Positions 39,421 to 53,879 of a stretch of 64,000 nt of DNA are shown here, one piece after another (within the stretch, counting starts at the first letter, position 1; the number at the start of each line of letters is the position of its first letter). A program made the position numbers and the translations under genes. The notes beneath the pieces were generated by a model, which worked only from the letters and a program-made list of their open reading frames with translations, was not told the origin of the DNA and did not search any database. The stretch is from Girardia tigrina (Eukaryota): contig MQRK01176000.1 of assembly GCA_001938485.1 (NCBI GenBank), positions 11,350 to 75,349 on the forward strand, read 5' to 3'.

Positions 39421-41891
39421 GATTTTGGGGAGCTTGTAAATTTTTGAATTTTAAAAAAGTAACGCTTAAAATATTTTAAAGATATTTCATTAAAAAATTT
39501 TATAATTGTAAAGATTTAAAAAATACTTCACGAAACTAGATTTATATGATTGTTGTTGAAATACATTTTAAAATAAAACTATTAAAATAAGTTTTAAATT
39601 TATCTACATGTGTTAAACATAGAAAATTTTAGGACTAACATAAATTAAGCGACAAATTATATTGTACTTAATTTTTATTTGAATATAAAAAATTTAACGA
39701 TTAATAAAACAAAATGATATTATAATTTAATTTCATTTGATTTCAAAATTTTAGGATTAACGTAACTTAAAATCAGATTGTAATATAATATTATTTCATG
39801 AAGCAATAAAATTAAATATTGCAATTTAATACTTAAAATTAGGATTTAACGTTACGAAACGAAAATTGAATATATAAAATTTCATGTTTAATTATGAGTA
39901 AAAATTAAAGTAAATTTTACGTTAATAAAAAATTATAATAAATTGAAAATGGAAGACGTAATAAAATTTAAAACAAGCGTGTGACAAATAATAAAAATAA
40001 TTTTAGACTATAGACATCAATTTGTAAAATTAAAATTTATATCGATATTTATATTTAATATTTTTATTTATAACTGGTTTTTGCAAAATAAAAAAAACAT
40101 TGTTCCTCAGAAATTTGTTTAAAAAATAGTTAATTGTTAGAGAAATGTCACGGATTCTTTTATCGATCATGAACCTGACAATAATCATAACGCATATCAA
40201 AATGCAATAAATTTGATTGTTAATGAGTTAAGAAGTTATTTGAAAAACTAAATAAAGAAAGCCCTTCCCGGAAGGGTCGAGAACATTAAAAAAAACAAAA
40301 AAAAGATGAGATACGAATCGGATTATTACTAATCTCCAAATTTCAATAAATTTATTTCATCTTCATTAAAAAAGCTGTAGGATACACGGCCAGGAGTTCG
40401 TCCTTTTTATTTGTGTTTTATGTTATTTTATTTTTTTTATAATTTTTTATTTCTAATATTCAGTAAACCAAAAGCAAATGTCACAAAGTTAAGTCTAATG
40501 ATATTTTATTAAAAAATATTCACAATTTCAATTTATGTTTTAATATAAATAAAAAATTATATATACACATTTATAATATTTTAAAAATAAAATAATTTTT
40601 TTTCAAAATAATAAAAAAATAGTTTTGTTTTTATTTCAATTTCACATTTTGAAAAAAATTATAAAATGCCAAATTAGAAAAAAAATTAATTATTGAACAA
40701 AAAAATAAAAATTGAATATTATGAGTTCGACTATTGTTTAACGAGATGTTAATTACAACAAATTTTATTAACTGTTCATTTCTGCTATATAATGAAGTTG
40801 ATTAAATATTAATTTAATACTAATAAAAAAGATTTTTTTTTGGAAATTTCTTAAAAATTAACGAAAATTCTTTAAGTGAGTTTTACTGGAGCAGGGCTAG
40901 TATTGATTACACGGGAGACAAGATGATGGGGGGCTCGGTGTATTAGGAAATTAGGCCGCAGATTCAAGTCAGCTGGAAACGATGCTAAAGTTATTGGACT
41001 TGCATTTCTGTTAAAGAGAGGGAGACTAATGTTTCATGCTTCACTTGTTGCAGCTTTGAGTCTGCAGACAAATCTCTTACAGTTGTATTTCAGATCTCCT
41101 CAATGTGCAGTTTAATTGGCTATTATAAACATTTTGCTCGACGATTTCAGACAATGTTATGCACAGGATAAAGGGATGCTTGATCTGCACTTCCTGCTGA
41201 ACTCGCCAATTTGAATACTGGATGGATTTCATTTTTATACATTTCATTGATTTGGGTTTGTTAATGTTTCACAATCGATTGAATTAATTAAATTAATTAA
41301 TTATGAATTCATTGTAAACAAAGCCAACTTTTCTTTTTTTTCAGTTAAAAGAAACGAAAAAAAATCATTATTAATAAATTGATTATGTTTCTTTTTTTTA
41401 TGAAAGTTTCTTTGTGCTTTTCTTTCTTTTCTTTTCTTTTTTTTTGAACTTGGAATTCTGAAAAAAAACAAATGTTCTCTCTTATATCTTTAAGTCACAG
41501 AAAAAAATAAACCATAATTATAATCAACATTATTTTATAAAGTTTTCAATAATTATTTAATATAATATAGAAATTTGAAAAAAAACAGTTGTTTGGAAAA
41601 TTAACTCGGGAAACTTTCGATAAATTAATTAAATCACAAAATGAAAAATTGAATCATACAATAAATAGAGACAAAATAAAAATCAGATGGATAATAATAA
41701 ATAAGATAATATTGGTTTCGTTTTGACAGTTCCCTACTCTGAGGGTTTCAGGGAATTCAAAAATTGTGTCTAGATTATGTAAGATAGGAAGTTTGTTCAG
41801 TAGTAAATTTATCACTCCAACTGGTTTATGTTCAAATCATTAGCGTGCCGCCTCAGAGGCTTCCAAAAAATATTTTTTTAGTCTATGCGTA

Positions 41892-43063
41892 TTAGGGTGA
41901 GTCATAAGTTGTGGGGCACTCTTTCCAAAGTAATTATCTTTAATTACAACATGAATTGTCGAATCGATATTAATTGAATTTGTATATCGTAATAAAGCTC
42001 ATAAANNNNNNNNNNNNNNNNNNNNNNNNNNNNNNNNNNNNNNNNNNNNNNNNNNNNNNNNNNNNNNNNNNNNNNNNNNNNNNNNNNNNNNNNNNNNNNN
42101 NNNNNNNNNNNNNNNNNNNNNNNNNNNNNNNNNNNNNNNNNNNNNNNNNNNNNNNNNNNNNNNNNNNNNNNNNNNNNNNNNNNNNNNNNNNNNNNNNNNN
42201 NNNNNNNNNNNNNNNNNNNNNNNNNNNNNNNNNNNNNNNNNNNNNNNNNNNNNNNNNNNNNNNNNNNNNNNNNNNNNNNNNNNNNNNNNNNNNNNNNNNN
42301 NNNNNNNNNNNNNNNNNNNNNNNNNNNNNNNNNNNNNNNNNNNNNNNNNNNNNNNNNNNNNNNNNNNNNNNNNNNNNNNNNNNNNNNNNNNNNNNNNNNN
42401 NNNNNNNNNNNNNNNNNNNNNNNNNNNNNNNNNNNNNNNNNNNNNNNNNNNNNNNNNNNNNNNNNNNNNNNNNNNNNNNNNNNNNNNNNNNNNNNNNNNN
42501 NNNNNNNNNNNNNNNNNNNNNNNNNNNNNNNNNNNNNNNNNNNNNNNNNNNNNNNNNNNNNNNNNNNNNNNNNNNNNNNNNNNNNNNNNNNNNNNNNNNN
42601 NNNNNNNNNNNNNNNNNNNNNNNNNNNNNNNNNNNNNNNNNNNNNNNNNNNNNNNNNNNNNNNNNNNNNNNNNNNNNNNNNNNNNNNNNNNNNNNNNNNN
42701 NNNNNNNNNNNNNNNNNNNNNNNNNNNNNNNNNNNNNNNNNNNNNNNNNNNNNNNNNNNNNNNNNNNNNNNNNNNNNNNNNNNNNNNNNNNNNNNNNNNN
42801 NNNNNNNNNNNNNNNNNNNNNNNNNNNNNNNNNNNNNNNNNNNNNNNNNNNNNNGATAATGGGTGTCGAGAATTTTTTGCTTCTAAAGACAAAACATGGT
42901 ATGGACGCGGAATAGAACAACTTGCAGAACGTTGGGTACAATGTATTGAACATAATGGACTTTATTTCGAATCTTTATTGTGCGTTTTATGAATATTTTA
43001 ATTATTTTTATGAACATTTTAATTTTTAATAAAAAGTGCCCGACAACTTATGACTCACCCTAA
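41892..43063 (+). mobile_element. Mariner element, interior mostly N gap
   Basis: TIRs ttagggtgagtcataagttgt / acaacttatgactcaccctaa with TA; C-terminus FFASKDKTWYGRGIEQLAERWVQCIEHNGLYF. Confidence 0.88.
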
Positions 43064-43065
43064 TA

Positions 43066-43790
43066 CCCTGAAATCTCATTATAAGTCTTAAGCTTAGTAA
43101 AGAAAAAAGTTTCTTTACAGCTTGGTAGAGGCTCAGTAAAAAATAAAAGCTTAGTATCAAGTAGAGGCTTAGTAAAGAAATTAGAAAAAATAATTAAATT
43201 TTTTTATTTTAATATAAAAACTTAAATCTGATCTTTATCATCCTTTTCTTCATCACTTCCAAAGTTTCTCTCATCCGTTAAAATGTCAATGAGTTGGTCA
43301 CGAATTTCTTCATCATTAGTTTCCATGTCATCATCGTTATCATCTGGGTCTTCTTCGGAGATTTGATCAATTTCTTCTTCATCATCACCGTAGAATTTGA
43401 TTGTTGTCTTTTTGAAACCACTTGTAATTGTTAAAACTGGAGCTTCATTCCATGCTTCTGAAATCCATTTTGTAATTTCTTCTTATGATATATGCTTTAA
43501 ATTTACAGATTTTGTATAATTTTTGTAACCATTTATGAGCCAATTTTCTTGATCAATTTCTTCTTCATCATCCCCGTGGAATTTGATTGTTTAAAATTTA
43601 CTACATTGACTTGTAGTTTTTTAGTTAAACCTCCTGGAATCATAGCCATCAAAGTATCACTGCGATAAAGATTTTAGATAAAAATTGAGGTAGCGGCTTA
43701 GAAAAGAAATTAGAAAAATTATGATGACCGAAATTATTTACTAAGCCTCGGGCTTAGTAACTAGTAGAGGCTTATAACGAGATTTCAGGG
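43066..43790 (-). mobile_element. Non-autonomous pogo element, copy 1
   Basis: TIRs ccctgaaatctc.ttataag / cttataacgagatttcaggg with TA; near-identical to 48425..49218. Confidence 0.85.
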
Positions 43791-44159
43791 TACACTACTA
43801 AAATGTTATCTTTTGTCATAAAATTTGTATTCTTATAGCATTTCATTTTGGATTTAATTATTAATTTTGACAATGTTTAATAATAAAATAAGTACTTGAA
43901 AGTGGTATTTTAATTTAGTATTAATTTTTTTGATTTTGCGGAATTTTCAAATGAAGAAGCGTACATCTACATGTCGTAAAATAGATGCTTTTTTTCGAAG
44001 AAGTCAAAATTATCAATTGAGAAAGAACCATTTGAACTCATTGAAACAATTGCTAGCACTTCAAGTTCAAGTTTTATAATTCCTAGCCCCAGTAGCATGC
44101 ATACGGGTGGACCAGGGGGGCCGGGTACCCCCAAAACTAAATTGTATGCACGCTTCTGG

Positions 44160-44600
44160 TTCCAATTTAGTTTATTAGTATAAATACAATGGATGTCATG
44201 CCACATACACTGGAGAGACTTGTCGTCATCTCTATAGACGGATGCAGGAATATAATCGAAGGGAAAGCGATAGTAATATTGCTCAACATAGAAAGAACTG
44301 TTTGAAGAGTAAAACTGATGTAAGTAATTTTAAAATTTTTGTTCACAATTTAATAATTCCTGGGAGAGGGTGATGTGATAAATTAACATGATCATTGTTG
44401 GTCAAATCCTTTGATCCTAAAATCAATGTGCAAATACCATCTTCAACTTTATTGAAAACATTTTCATGATTTATAAATGACATAATGATTGCATAAACAT
44501 TGCTTGTATAAATAAATGCGAACATATAATTGGTAGTTTAGTCTGATGATGACGGAATTATTTACAAAACATTATAACGAACGTTTTATGACTTAAAAAT
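44160..44600 (+). mobile_element. Penelope-like GIY-YIG remnant with an eroded hammerhead
   Basis: SNLVY*YKYNGCHATYTGETCRHLYRRMQEY..SNIAQH..NFKI..LLVKSFDPKINVQ, then CTGATGAT at 44543. Confidence 0.8.
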
Positions 44601-45245
44601 AGTTGATTGTCATTTTTAAAATATAATCATTTGAAATTTCAAAAAATTACTTGATTTTAGTTTTCATTATCTTATTTTTTTTTAAAAATAATAATAAATA
44701 AAATAAATAATAATATTTTATTTTGAAAAAAAATAATATAACCAATAACAAATATTTAGGAAAAATGATTATTACTATTATTATATTTTAAGATTATAGT
44801 ATTTCTATTCTCAATTTGGTTTTCATGGAAACTGAATTCAGACGGGAATAAACTAAAACAAATTACGCAATTTGACTTTAGTTTATGTAATAAAGGATTT
44901 TAAGACCGATAAGTGTCGAAAAAAACACAAAATTTATTGCTGGAAAATACTCGGATCAAGTCAACACAATCTCCTGCTCTTGATAATCAATGTGAAGAAT
45001 GGAAAATAAATAAATAAATATATATGTATGAATATAAATCAACAATAATAGCAAATGTACAAAGTTAATTGAATATGCCTATATGCTCAAAGTCAGTGGC
45101 CCATTTTCTTTGAAGAAAATCTTTCCAATGAAACAGCCTTTAATTAGCTTTGATGTAGTTTCTATAAACAGTTTACTTCTTTAATGACAAATCAAGAATG
45201 AAGAAATCGTTAAAGAAATCCTATCTTGTTTGGGAATGCTATAAC

Positions 45246-45665
45246 TGTGTCCCGGTTTGTCGTAGCCTGCTACGTGGTTCTGCTACTGCTATTATTGTTT
45301 TCCCGTTAACACCGTGTGACTTTCAGAATTTTTGATTGACTCTATCGGAGCCAGCATGCGGTTCTGATACTGTAGTGGCGTGTGCGCGAGTCCACATGTA
45401 AACAATGCCAACACACCGGAACAGGTTAATCTAGCATCGCAGACTCCCTCAGACTCCGTCACGGACATGTGGATACACACTGCTCCAACTCTCACCCGGC
45501 GCTCGACTGACCGGGCATGTAAACTGCTATATAATTTACTTGCCATAATTGCATTCAATTAGCGATTGTTGGGATACCTCTTTCATCGCAACTCTCATTA
45601 TTTACGTGTGCTACAAGAACAATTAATAAAAGTCTCACCTTCATTAGCTCAGTCTATTAGAAACA
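45246..45665 (+). mobile_element. Probable solo LTR
   Basis: GC-richer block with TG..CA ends, TATA-like tatataa and AATAAA near the 3' end; TSD imperfect (taac/aaac). Confidence 0.45.
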
Positions 45666-46429
45666 AAACCAGTGAATTTCTTCTTAATCATTTCTGATGT
45701 ATGATGACAAAATCTAAATCTTTATAATAATTATTTATTCTTATTTTATTTATTTATATTTATTTTTCTACTTCTCAACAACATTAATTAAATCTAAGTT
45801 TTTTAATAAATTTAAATATTATAAATATTATTAATAAATAAATCAAATTTTATTTTCTTCTTGTCAAAATAAATAAATAATTTTTTTGTTAATCAATATT
45901 TTGTTTAAATTGCATTGTAAAGTAGCAACAAAAAACTTCACCGGAATATACGGATGAATCAATTAATGATTTTAAATATAAACAATTTTTGTTTCAATTT
46001 TCTATTATTTTAATTGATAATTTGTTTTTGTTGTTTTAATCAATCAACATTAAAATCTGATTTAATAAATTATTGATTTTAATTAATTGAAAATTGATTG
46101 ATATAAAAAATATTAATTTGATAATGTTTCTGTTTCTTAATGAATAATTCTTGACAGAGGGCGAAGAGGGTTGGAAATAAATTAGCATTTTTATTAATAT
46201 ATTTTCATTTATATTAGAATATTTTGTGTGTCATTTGTAGTCGTAGAAAAATATATAATACCCGAGGAGAAATAGAAAATTTTCCAGTAAGGAATTTTGG
46301 AGGGTTCTCTTTGGGTCCAGGTTGGTCATGCAGTTGTTAAACATTATATTAACATAAATCTTTTTTAAGAAAAAAATTCTCTTAATTAATAATATTAATC
46401 CTTATATTAGGATAAATAGTTGTCTTTAG

Positions 46430-46660
46430 TAAAAAGATCTGTAGAGAAAGATGGACATATAAAATGGCCAATTCGAGGATGATAACACTATGTCAACAAA
46501 GGGAAAGTTTAACAAGGAAAAAAGAGTATTTGTCAAGGTGGAAGTAAGAAATAAAGGAGAAAACCGATACGAAGAACCATACATAGTGGTGGGGAAAATA
46601 CATGATATATATTGCAGAAAAAGGACGGTAAGAAGTTCGATCAAAATATCGAAAAGGTAA
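46430..46660 (+). pseudogene. Gypsy integrase C-terminal fragment
   Basis: KFNKEKRVFVKVEVRNKGENRYEEPYIVV (GPY/F-type motif). Confidence 0.45.
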
Positions 46661-46808
46661 GAAAATTCTTTCAAAGTAGATTTAAATAAAATTAAAAATT
46701 AAATATAAAAAAAAGATTCCCAAATATTTTTTCATAATTTGTTTAAATAATTTTATGTGTATTACTAATAAATCTTTGAAAACAATTACTACTTTTACTT
46801 TTAAATAT

Positions 46809-48340
46809 TAGGCCGTCAAGAATGAAATTTGTAAAACTGAAGTACTTTTCTATTGATAATTTAGCAATACAAATATTTGTCATCAAAGTATGAACCATAT
46901 TATCGAAACTTTTGCCATTTGAGCAGCAGCTAGTTGAGGCTTTTTGAATAAAAATTTGGTTGGTGAGAATCTATAAATTTCTGGAAGGTCATTTTTACGG
47001 AATCTTCATAATTGAATTTTTTTGCAATCAAAAAGTTGTTCAAATTGAGGAAGAAATTATTGTCAGTTGTGGCTAGGTATGGTGAGTGTTAGGGATAGTA
47101 AGTCATCAGAAGGAAATTTGTGAATTAGAATGGAAATGCAAGATGAGATTATTTGCATAACATTGACGAGAATAGAAGAAACAAGAAATAAGAATAAATT
47201 AAATAAATTAAAATTTTAATAAGATAGAAAGTTAAATTTAATAATTAGATGAAGAATAAAATAATTAGTTAAATTAAAATTTATCATGAGAAATTAAATT
47301 TTATAAGTAAATCAAGAATAAATTAAAATTAGAATTTTCCGGTTTGACATTAACAAGTTTTAGAAAAAGATTGTTCCTAAAAAATTTATAATAAATTGAT
47401 TATAAAAGTTAATTATAATTAAAAAATTTACTAATGATAAAAGTAGGTGTTGTTTATTCGAATTAAATTTTAGTGACATTATTTTGAAAGTGTGGAATTT
47501 TTCTCTGTGATAAATTTTCAAGTTGTGGTAAATATATTTTGATATGGATTCTCGTGTTCTTGATGATGGAGTGCCCATCAATTCAAACAGTGAGTATGGA
47601 TGATGCAGAAGTTTCAAATCAAGTTCCTGTAGTTTTGTCTTAAATACAGTATCTTGTTTTGCATTGTTGTTGAAAAGGATGGGAGTCGACCTGTTTACTA
47701 AACACAAATGTTTTTCTTTGATTTTCTTCAATATTTCTTCCAATTGGTGTGGTAGACATTTGCAGTGATCGACTAACCAGGTTTAATGAAGTCATAATGG
47801 ATTACAACTGTGGAGGACCACCAAACACTCGCCATCAGCTTCTTTTGATGAATATTGTTCTTTCGACTGTGTTTTGGTGCTTCATTTGTGTCCACCCAGT
47901 TTGCTGAACGTTTGTGATTATCCTATTGAAGCCACTTTATATGACAAATGACGATTTCATTTAAAGAGTGATCACATTTATAACGAGAAAGCATCATCAA
48001 GCAAGCATCCAAATGCTTTTGTTTCTGTTTTTCATTCAACTCCTGTGGAATTCAATTACCCAACTTTTTCAATATACCAATTTGAGTCAAGTTATTCAAT
48101 ATTGTTTTCTCTATGTATCAGCAAACGTTAGAAATAAATCATGAATACTTTGTGATGGATTCGACTCAACAGTTACTTTCAGTTCGTCATTGTCTACCTG
48201 CTTTCCTGGGTGGCCCTGAGAGTCATTATTGATGTTAAAATTAACTTTCACAAATTTCCTGAATCAATTTCCTGCGATTGTCTGCTGCATAGTAGCATCG
48301 TATACTGATTAAATACTGATTATTAAAACAAGTTATCAAT
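46809..48340 (-). mobile_element. Degenerate mariner interrupted by a solo LTR
   Basis: MASVWWSS..IHYDFIKPG, LFNNNAKQ, and HHPYS|PYLATTD split by the insertion. Confidence 0.7.
47087..47589. mobile_element. Solo LTR (503 bp)
   Basis: TGTT...AACA termini with a perfect 5-bp TSD gtgag, inserted in the mariner PYSPD motif. Confidence 0.85.
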
Positions 48341-48424
48341 AATTTTAATTAATTTTTATTATTGTGTTCAATAGCCAACAAAAACTGAGCAACTAAGTGT
48401 TATGTCATTGTCAAATTACAACTA

Positions 48425-49218
48425 CCCTGAAATCTCGTTATAAGCCTTAGGCTTAGTAGAGAAAAAAAGTTTTATTCAGCTTGGTAGAGGCTCAGTAAAA
48501 AATAGAAGCTTAGTATCAAGTAGAGGCTTAGTAAAGTAATTAGAAAAATTAATTAAAATTTTTTTTTATTTTAATATAAAAACTTAAATCTGATCTTTAT
48601 CATCATTTTCTTTATCACTTCCAAAGTTTCTCTCATCCGTTAAAATGTCAATGAGTTGATCACGAATTTCTTCATCATTAGTTTCCATGTCATCATCGTT
48701 ATCATCTGGGTCTTCTTCAGAGACTTGATCAATTTCTTCTTCATCATCACCGTAGAATTTGATTGTTGTCTTTTTGAAACCACTTGTAATTGTTGAAACT
48801 GGAACTTCATTCCATGCTTCTGAAATCCATTTTGTAATTTCTTCGTATGATACACGCTTTAAATTTCCAGATTTTGTATAATTTTTGTAACCTAAGCAGG
48901 AGCCAATTTTCCCACCCGCTTCGAAGACGGGATTTGAACGATTTACTACACTGACTTGTAGTTTTTTAGTTAAACCTCCTGGAATCATAGCCATCAAAGT
49001 ATCACTGCGATAAAGATTTTAGATAAAAATTCAGGTAGCGGCTTAGTAAAAAAATTAGAAAAATTATGATGACCGAAATTATTTACTAAGCCTCGGGCTT
49101 AGTAACTAGTAGAGGCTTATAACGAGATTTCAGAAATTAGAAAAATTATGATGACCGAAATTATTTACTAAGCCTCGGGCTTAGTAACTAGTAAAGACTT
49201 AAAAACGAGAATTCAGTG
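48425..49218 (-). mobile_element. Non-autonomous pogo element, copy 2, with a duplicated terminal segment
   Basis: IPGGLTKKLQ..TKSGNLKR..WISEAWNEV..ITSGFKK; the last ~80 bp are tandemly duplicated. Confidence 0.85.
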
Positions 49219-52200
49219 TCTATGAATTTATTGTAATCATGTCTACAAATTTCATACTTGACAACTTAACCTAATAAACAAACAATCCAACTATATGAAC
49301 GCTATAATTATCATGTTACAACTACCTGTTGTCGAAGTAGAACAGTTTAGTTTCATTAAGTAGTGTTACGACCAGTAATACATGTTGTACCGACCGAATA
49401 GGTTATATCGGTGTCGCACAGAGGAACATAGACAAAATAATACTTAGGATTGAATAGGATTTACAATTTTATGAACTCGTCTGATCGATCTTAATCTATG
49501 AAAATTGATTTATTTGGTTGGCACCAGAGCAAACATCTCAATTTCATAATTCTGCGTAAAACTAAATTATTCCATTGAATCCATAAATGATAATGCTAAC
49601 CAATTTTAATCACAACAGTTAATCGTTATTCTCTTTCTTGTTCTCCATTTCTTCATTTCATTGTTCAAATTTTCTATTTTGTCTATTTCTTTTGTTTCAC
49701 TAAATTGGAAAAATATTTTCCCTTCAGCCAAAGTTATTTCTTTTAGTGCTAAGATCAAGAATGTTTTTGCTGCTCTTAGACATAGATTGGACTTGCATTA
49801 TCATATAATTAAAATAGTAATTTGCATTTAGATGGGGTCTACGAAATAATATTTCCAACAAACAATGTTATTAGGATATTTATTGATACAAATACTCAAC
49901 CAAGTGGATAATCAAACCGGAGGCCCACGAGTTCAATCAATGCGCTTGATATATCAGGAATTATTTAAAAAATGGGAAGTTGAATTGGTAGAATTTTGAC
50001 TATTTAGCAAACATAAATATATTAGGAAAGAGACCTCCCAGAATCCTATTTTTCAAGAGAGCATCACAATAATTATCCGAGAGTCGACTTTGGAATATTC
50101 GGTGTCAAAGAATTTATGTAATAATGAAATACGTATAAAACTTTCATTTTATTAAAATAGAAAAATGTTGCTTCATAATATTACAAATTGCCTTCCGTTC
50201 AAATTTATTAGATCATATTTTTATTTTAATTTATTATTTATATTTGCTATGTAAATTTAAAAATGAAAGATTGTGGTCAATTTTTAACCCTTAAGTCATA
50301 TCGGGGTCAGGTCAGAGATTTCAAAATAAAAAGAAGATAAACAATTAAACTAACTGTTAGAGTGAGATGTTTTCTTCAGAAAATAGGATAAAGAACCTTA
50401 GATGTTTACTCTTGCGTCTTCTCTATGCCTTATTTACAAATAAGAAGATTGGACAACTACCCTCTTGTAAACAAAAAGACATGATATAATTCAAACTACT
50501 TTTTACCATGAAAATGTGTTTCAGATATCATTACTTTATGTATAGACCGATGTGGTCCTTGAAAGGTTAAGTTATTTAACATATTAGCAAAATCATATTC
50601 ATGCTTCTTCATTTGTTTTATTTATATTATAAATGAAACTTTTCATGATTCATTTTCAGTTTATTCATACAGTAATATGGTAAGGTTCCATCTAGGTCCA
50701 TGATATCCCTCTGCGGAATTACTAGTATTGGATCATACTGTAAATTAAAAAGGACTTACTTTTTCTTTATATACGTCCTCTTTTCTATATAGAAAAATAT
50801 AGGTTAGTACTCAAAAATGAGTGACACACAGAACATTTTTTCTACGAAGAGCATATTCTACTGCAACTAGTATGTTATATTGAGATTTACCAATCAAATA
50901 GTGTTCAGTGTTATGAAAGCATCATTATTTTACAGTGAACATTTTGAAAAAATAAATCATATTTCCTTTTATTTTTCAATAACCCGTAAAAAACCTTTAT
51001 TCTAAGATAAAGACAAGTGTCTCGAATCACTAGGAAGGATATTAAATTATCTTTAGTTAATTACATGAATGTGTGATTCACAATTAACAAAGTCTTGATC
51101 GTCTAAGCTTTAATTAAAATTTTAAGCCTTGACTAACCTAGATCTACATCACAAACTAAGAAACTTGAATATATGTAAGTTTCCGAGAGGAAAATTGCGA
51201 AAAGAAAACCTTTTACCTTGAACGACCTTGAATGATCTTAAGCGAGCTTGAGTTTCTATATCGTTCTATATCCTGATTAACGAGACCTATCTAAAATATG
51301 TATTTTATCTGATCGTGAAAGCGTCTGGCAGCCATAAAGAGGTGTGATAAACATATACATACATACATATACGGACCAAACAAATACAATAGAGCATTTT
51401 TTTCATATGTGAAAATGAACTAAAAAGGTTGTTTTCAAAATAATCAAAATATTTTAAATATAAACTATATTTTTATAAATTACACGTGAATGACGAAAAT
51501 TTAAAAATCGTCAGAAAAACAATTCGAAATTGCGAATATAGTTAATCCTCTAATAATTCGAAAGTGATGAGACTGGGAGAATGAGAATTTTCGTCGGATC
51601 GTATGACAATGTTTCGGAACAAACGAAGATCTGGAACTTTCCATCGACGAATTTGAAAAGATTGTGTCGATCTGAGAAATCTTGGATATTCTGGGATGAA
51701 TGGCAGAAGAGGTCATAGTAAAATGTTTACGGATTCCTTAATTTCTTTTAAATTAATTATTATCAGTTATTTGATTTATTTATCTTCTTTTTATTTAGAA
51801 ATCTCTGAGAATTTGAAGTAAATATAATATAAAATAATAATTCTATAAAGAACAATATTTATATTAGAAAATGAATGTTTCAACGCACTTAAACAGAAGG
51901 ATAACAATTTTTTATACATTCTCATATAATAATAATTAAAATAGCAAAGTATATATTCTTTTCAAATAGAAGTGATATTGGTACTCCTTTGCCACTGAAC
52001 ATCATCTATGAGCAAAGATGCCAAATAAGCTGAACTAGATCAATTAATATGTAGCTTTAAACAAGTGACCGAGATATATGCATATTCCATACCGATTAAA
52101 ATTCCTCCACGAAATAAAAACATCAAGCCTCTCTTTTCTTAAAATACTGATTGTTCTTATCTTCGTTGCTTCTATTATTATATAAATTATAATCTCTTCC

Positions 52201-53180
52201 ACTCCTGCTGTTCTGCGCATCCAAACTGTGTACATCTTCTAGATTTTATTGACAATTGTTCTGAGATTGAACAAAAATAAATAATTTAATTAACAAAATA
52301 AAAAATCTTAAGCAAGAAAAACAACAACCATATACATAATCTACATAATATTAGTTTTCATATAAATAAAAGAGTGTAAAAAATAAGGATAAAAAATAAG
52401 AGTAAGAATATTAAGAAGACCACGTCAAACAACACCATGAACCAAATGATCATCTGCGAGACAGACAAAATAATTTGTTTTCCCTTTTTATAATGTTAGA
52501 AGTTGGGTCTTGTTCCTTTGAAGAAAAGTGTTTCTTACAAGTTCGATCATATTAATAATTTGATAAAGGATAACCATACTACCCTAACCCCAAAGTCACC
52601 GGAAACTTAATTTGTATCACTTTTTTAAATAAATGAGTATAAAATACGAACTGATTGCACGATTTGTATAAAATAACAATTTCTATATAATTTCAATCCA
52701 GTTTAATAATAAAAACTTGAAATCTCTCAATAATAAAAATTTATTTCAATCGGAAAACAATTTATATTGGTCCAAACGTAATTCTGGTTCATTATGGACA
52801 CTTATGTTAGACTAGAAACTCTTTAGATTCACAGAATTCTTCAATATTTCTTCTTCTCTGAGTACTTTATGAAGAACTTGTAGAATTTCAAGGACTTGCT
52901 TATTATATTCCAATAAAACGCAGAATACGAATAAGTTGTATTTTCATTAATTATATTTTATTTTACAATCAATATTATTTGGTTATTATTTTCCACAAAA
53001 TTGATAAAATCTTACTTTAAGAATCATTAAAAAAAGTTTGTATAGTTGAAGATCAACTTGTTAGACTTCCCGGGAATAAGAAGTCAAAAACGAACGGTTT
53101 TACTGGGATTCCCTTGGGGAAATACTTGAACCGTCTGTATTCATTAAGACTTCTAAATTCAAAATACTATTTTGATATAT

Positions 53181-53226
<46 letters not shown>

Positions 53227-53879
53227 TTTAATTTTTTAAATATGTCCACTTCAAATCTTCTTCAAGTTGGGAACAGTTGCCAGTTCCCCCTCTAGGACTC
53301 ATAAAAGACGCCCATTTATTTGAAGAATCAATGGAAACATGTCTTAAAAGCAATTTTCCTCAATCTGATTGAAGAGGAACATAGTTGATGGAGCGTTATT
53401 CGACGAGGAAATTATAAAGAAATTGTGATCAAAGAGAAACGAGATATAAAAAATTGCGCTAATGTCAAATTGTTTTTTAAATCGTTTGCATTTTTTATTT
53501 AACTCTCAAAACATGTTCCGATAGAAAACAGAAGAGCTACGAGAACGACGATGACGAAAGAGTGCTCAAAATAAACATTTGTTTTTTTTGTTTGAATATA
53601 AAACATATATTGAATCCATCAGTCTGATCGCTGGTTCACACATGATGAGTTCTTGTCTTCTTCTTAATTAGATTTCCTGTTATTTAATTGAACCTTTCTG
53701 CGGTAGCTCCTCGGCTCCATAGGGGATTACGGTACATTTTCATTATTCTTTTTAACAACATAATTTAAAAAGATAAAAATCATCTTTTGTTTTTTTGTTC
53801 ATTTTCTCTCCACATTTTTTTAATTTTTTAGAAAATTAAGTTTTAACTATTTTTTCTGATACCATTTTTATTTAATGTG

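Noticed and set aside
51960-52910. Possible exons of a small gene or neuropeptide precursor on the minus strand
   Set aside because: Stops in all frames, with no recognisable domain or signal peptide
53330-53525. Two p53-type half-sites (AAACATGTCT, AAACATGTTC) near the zfp-1 gene
   Set aside because: Isolated half-sites are expected several times by chance in 64 kb, and there is no paired full site
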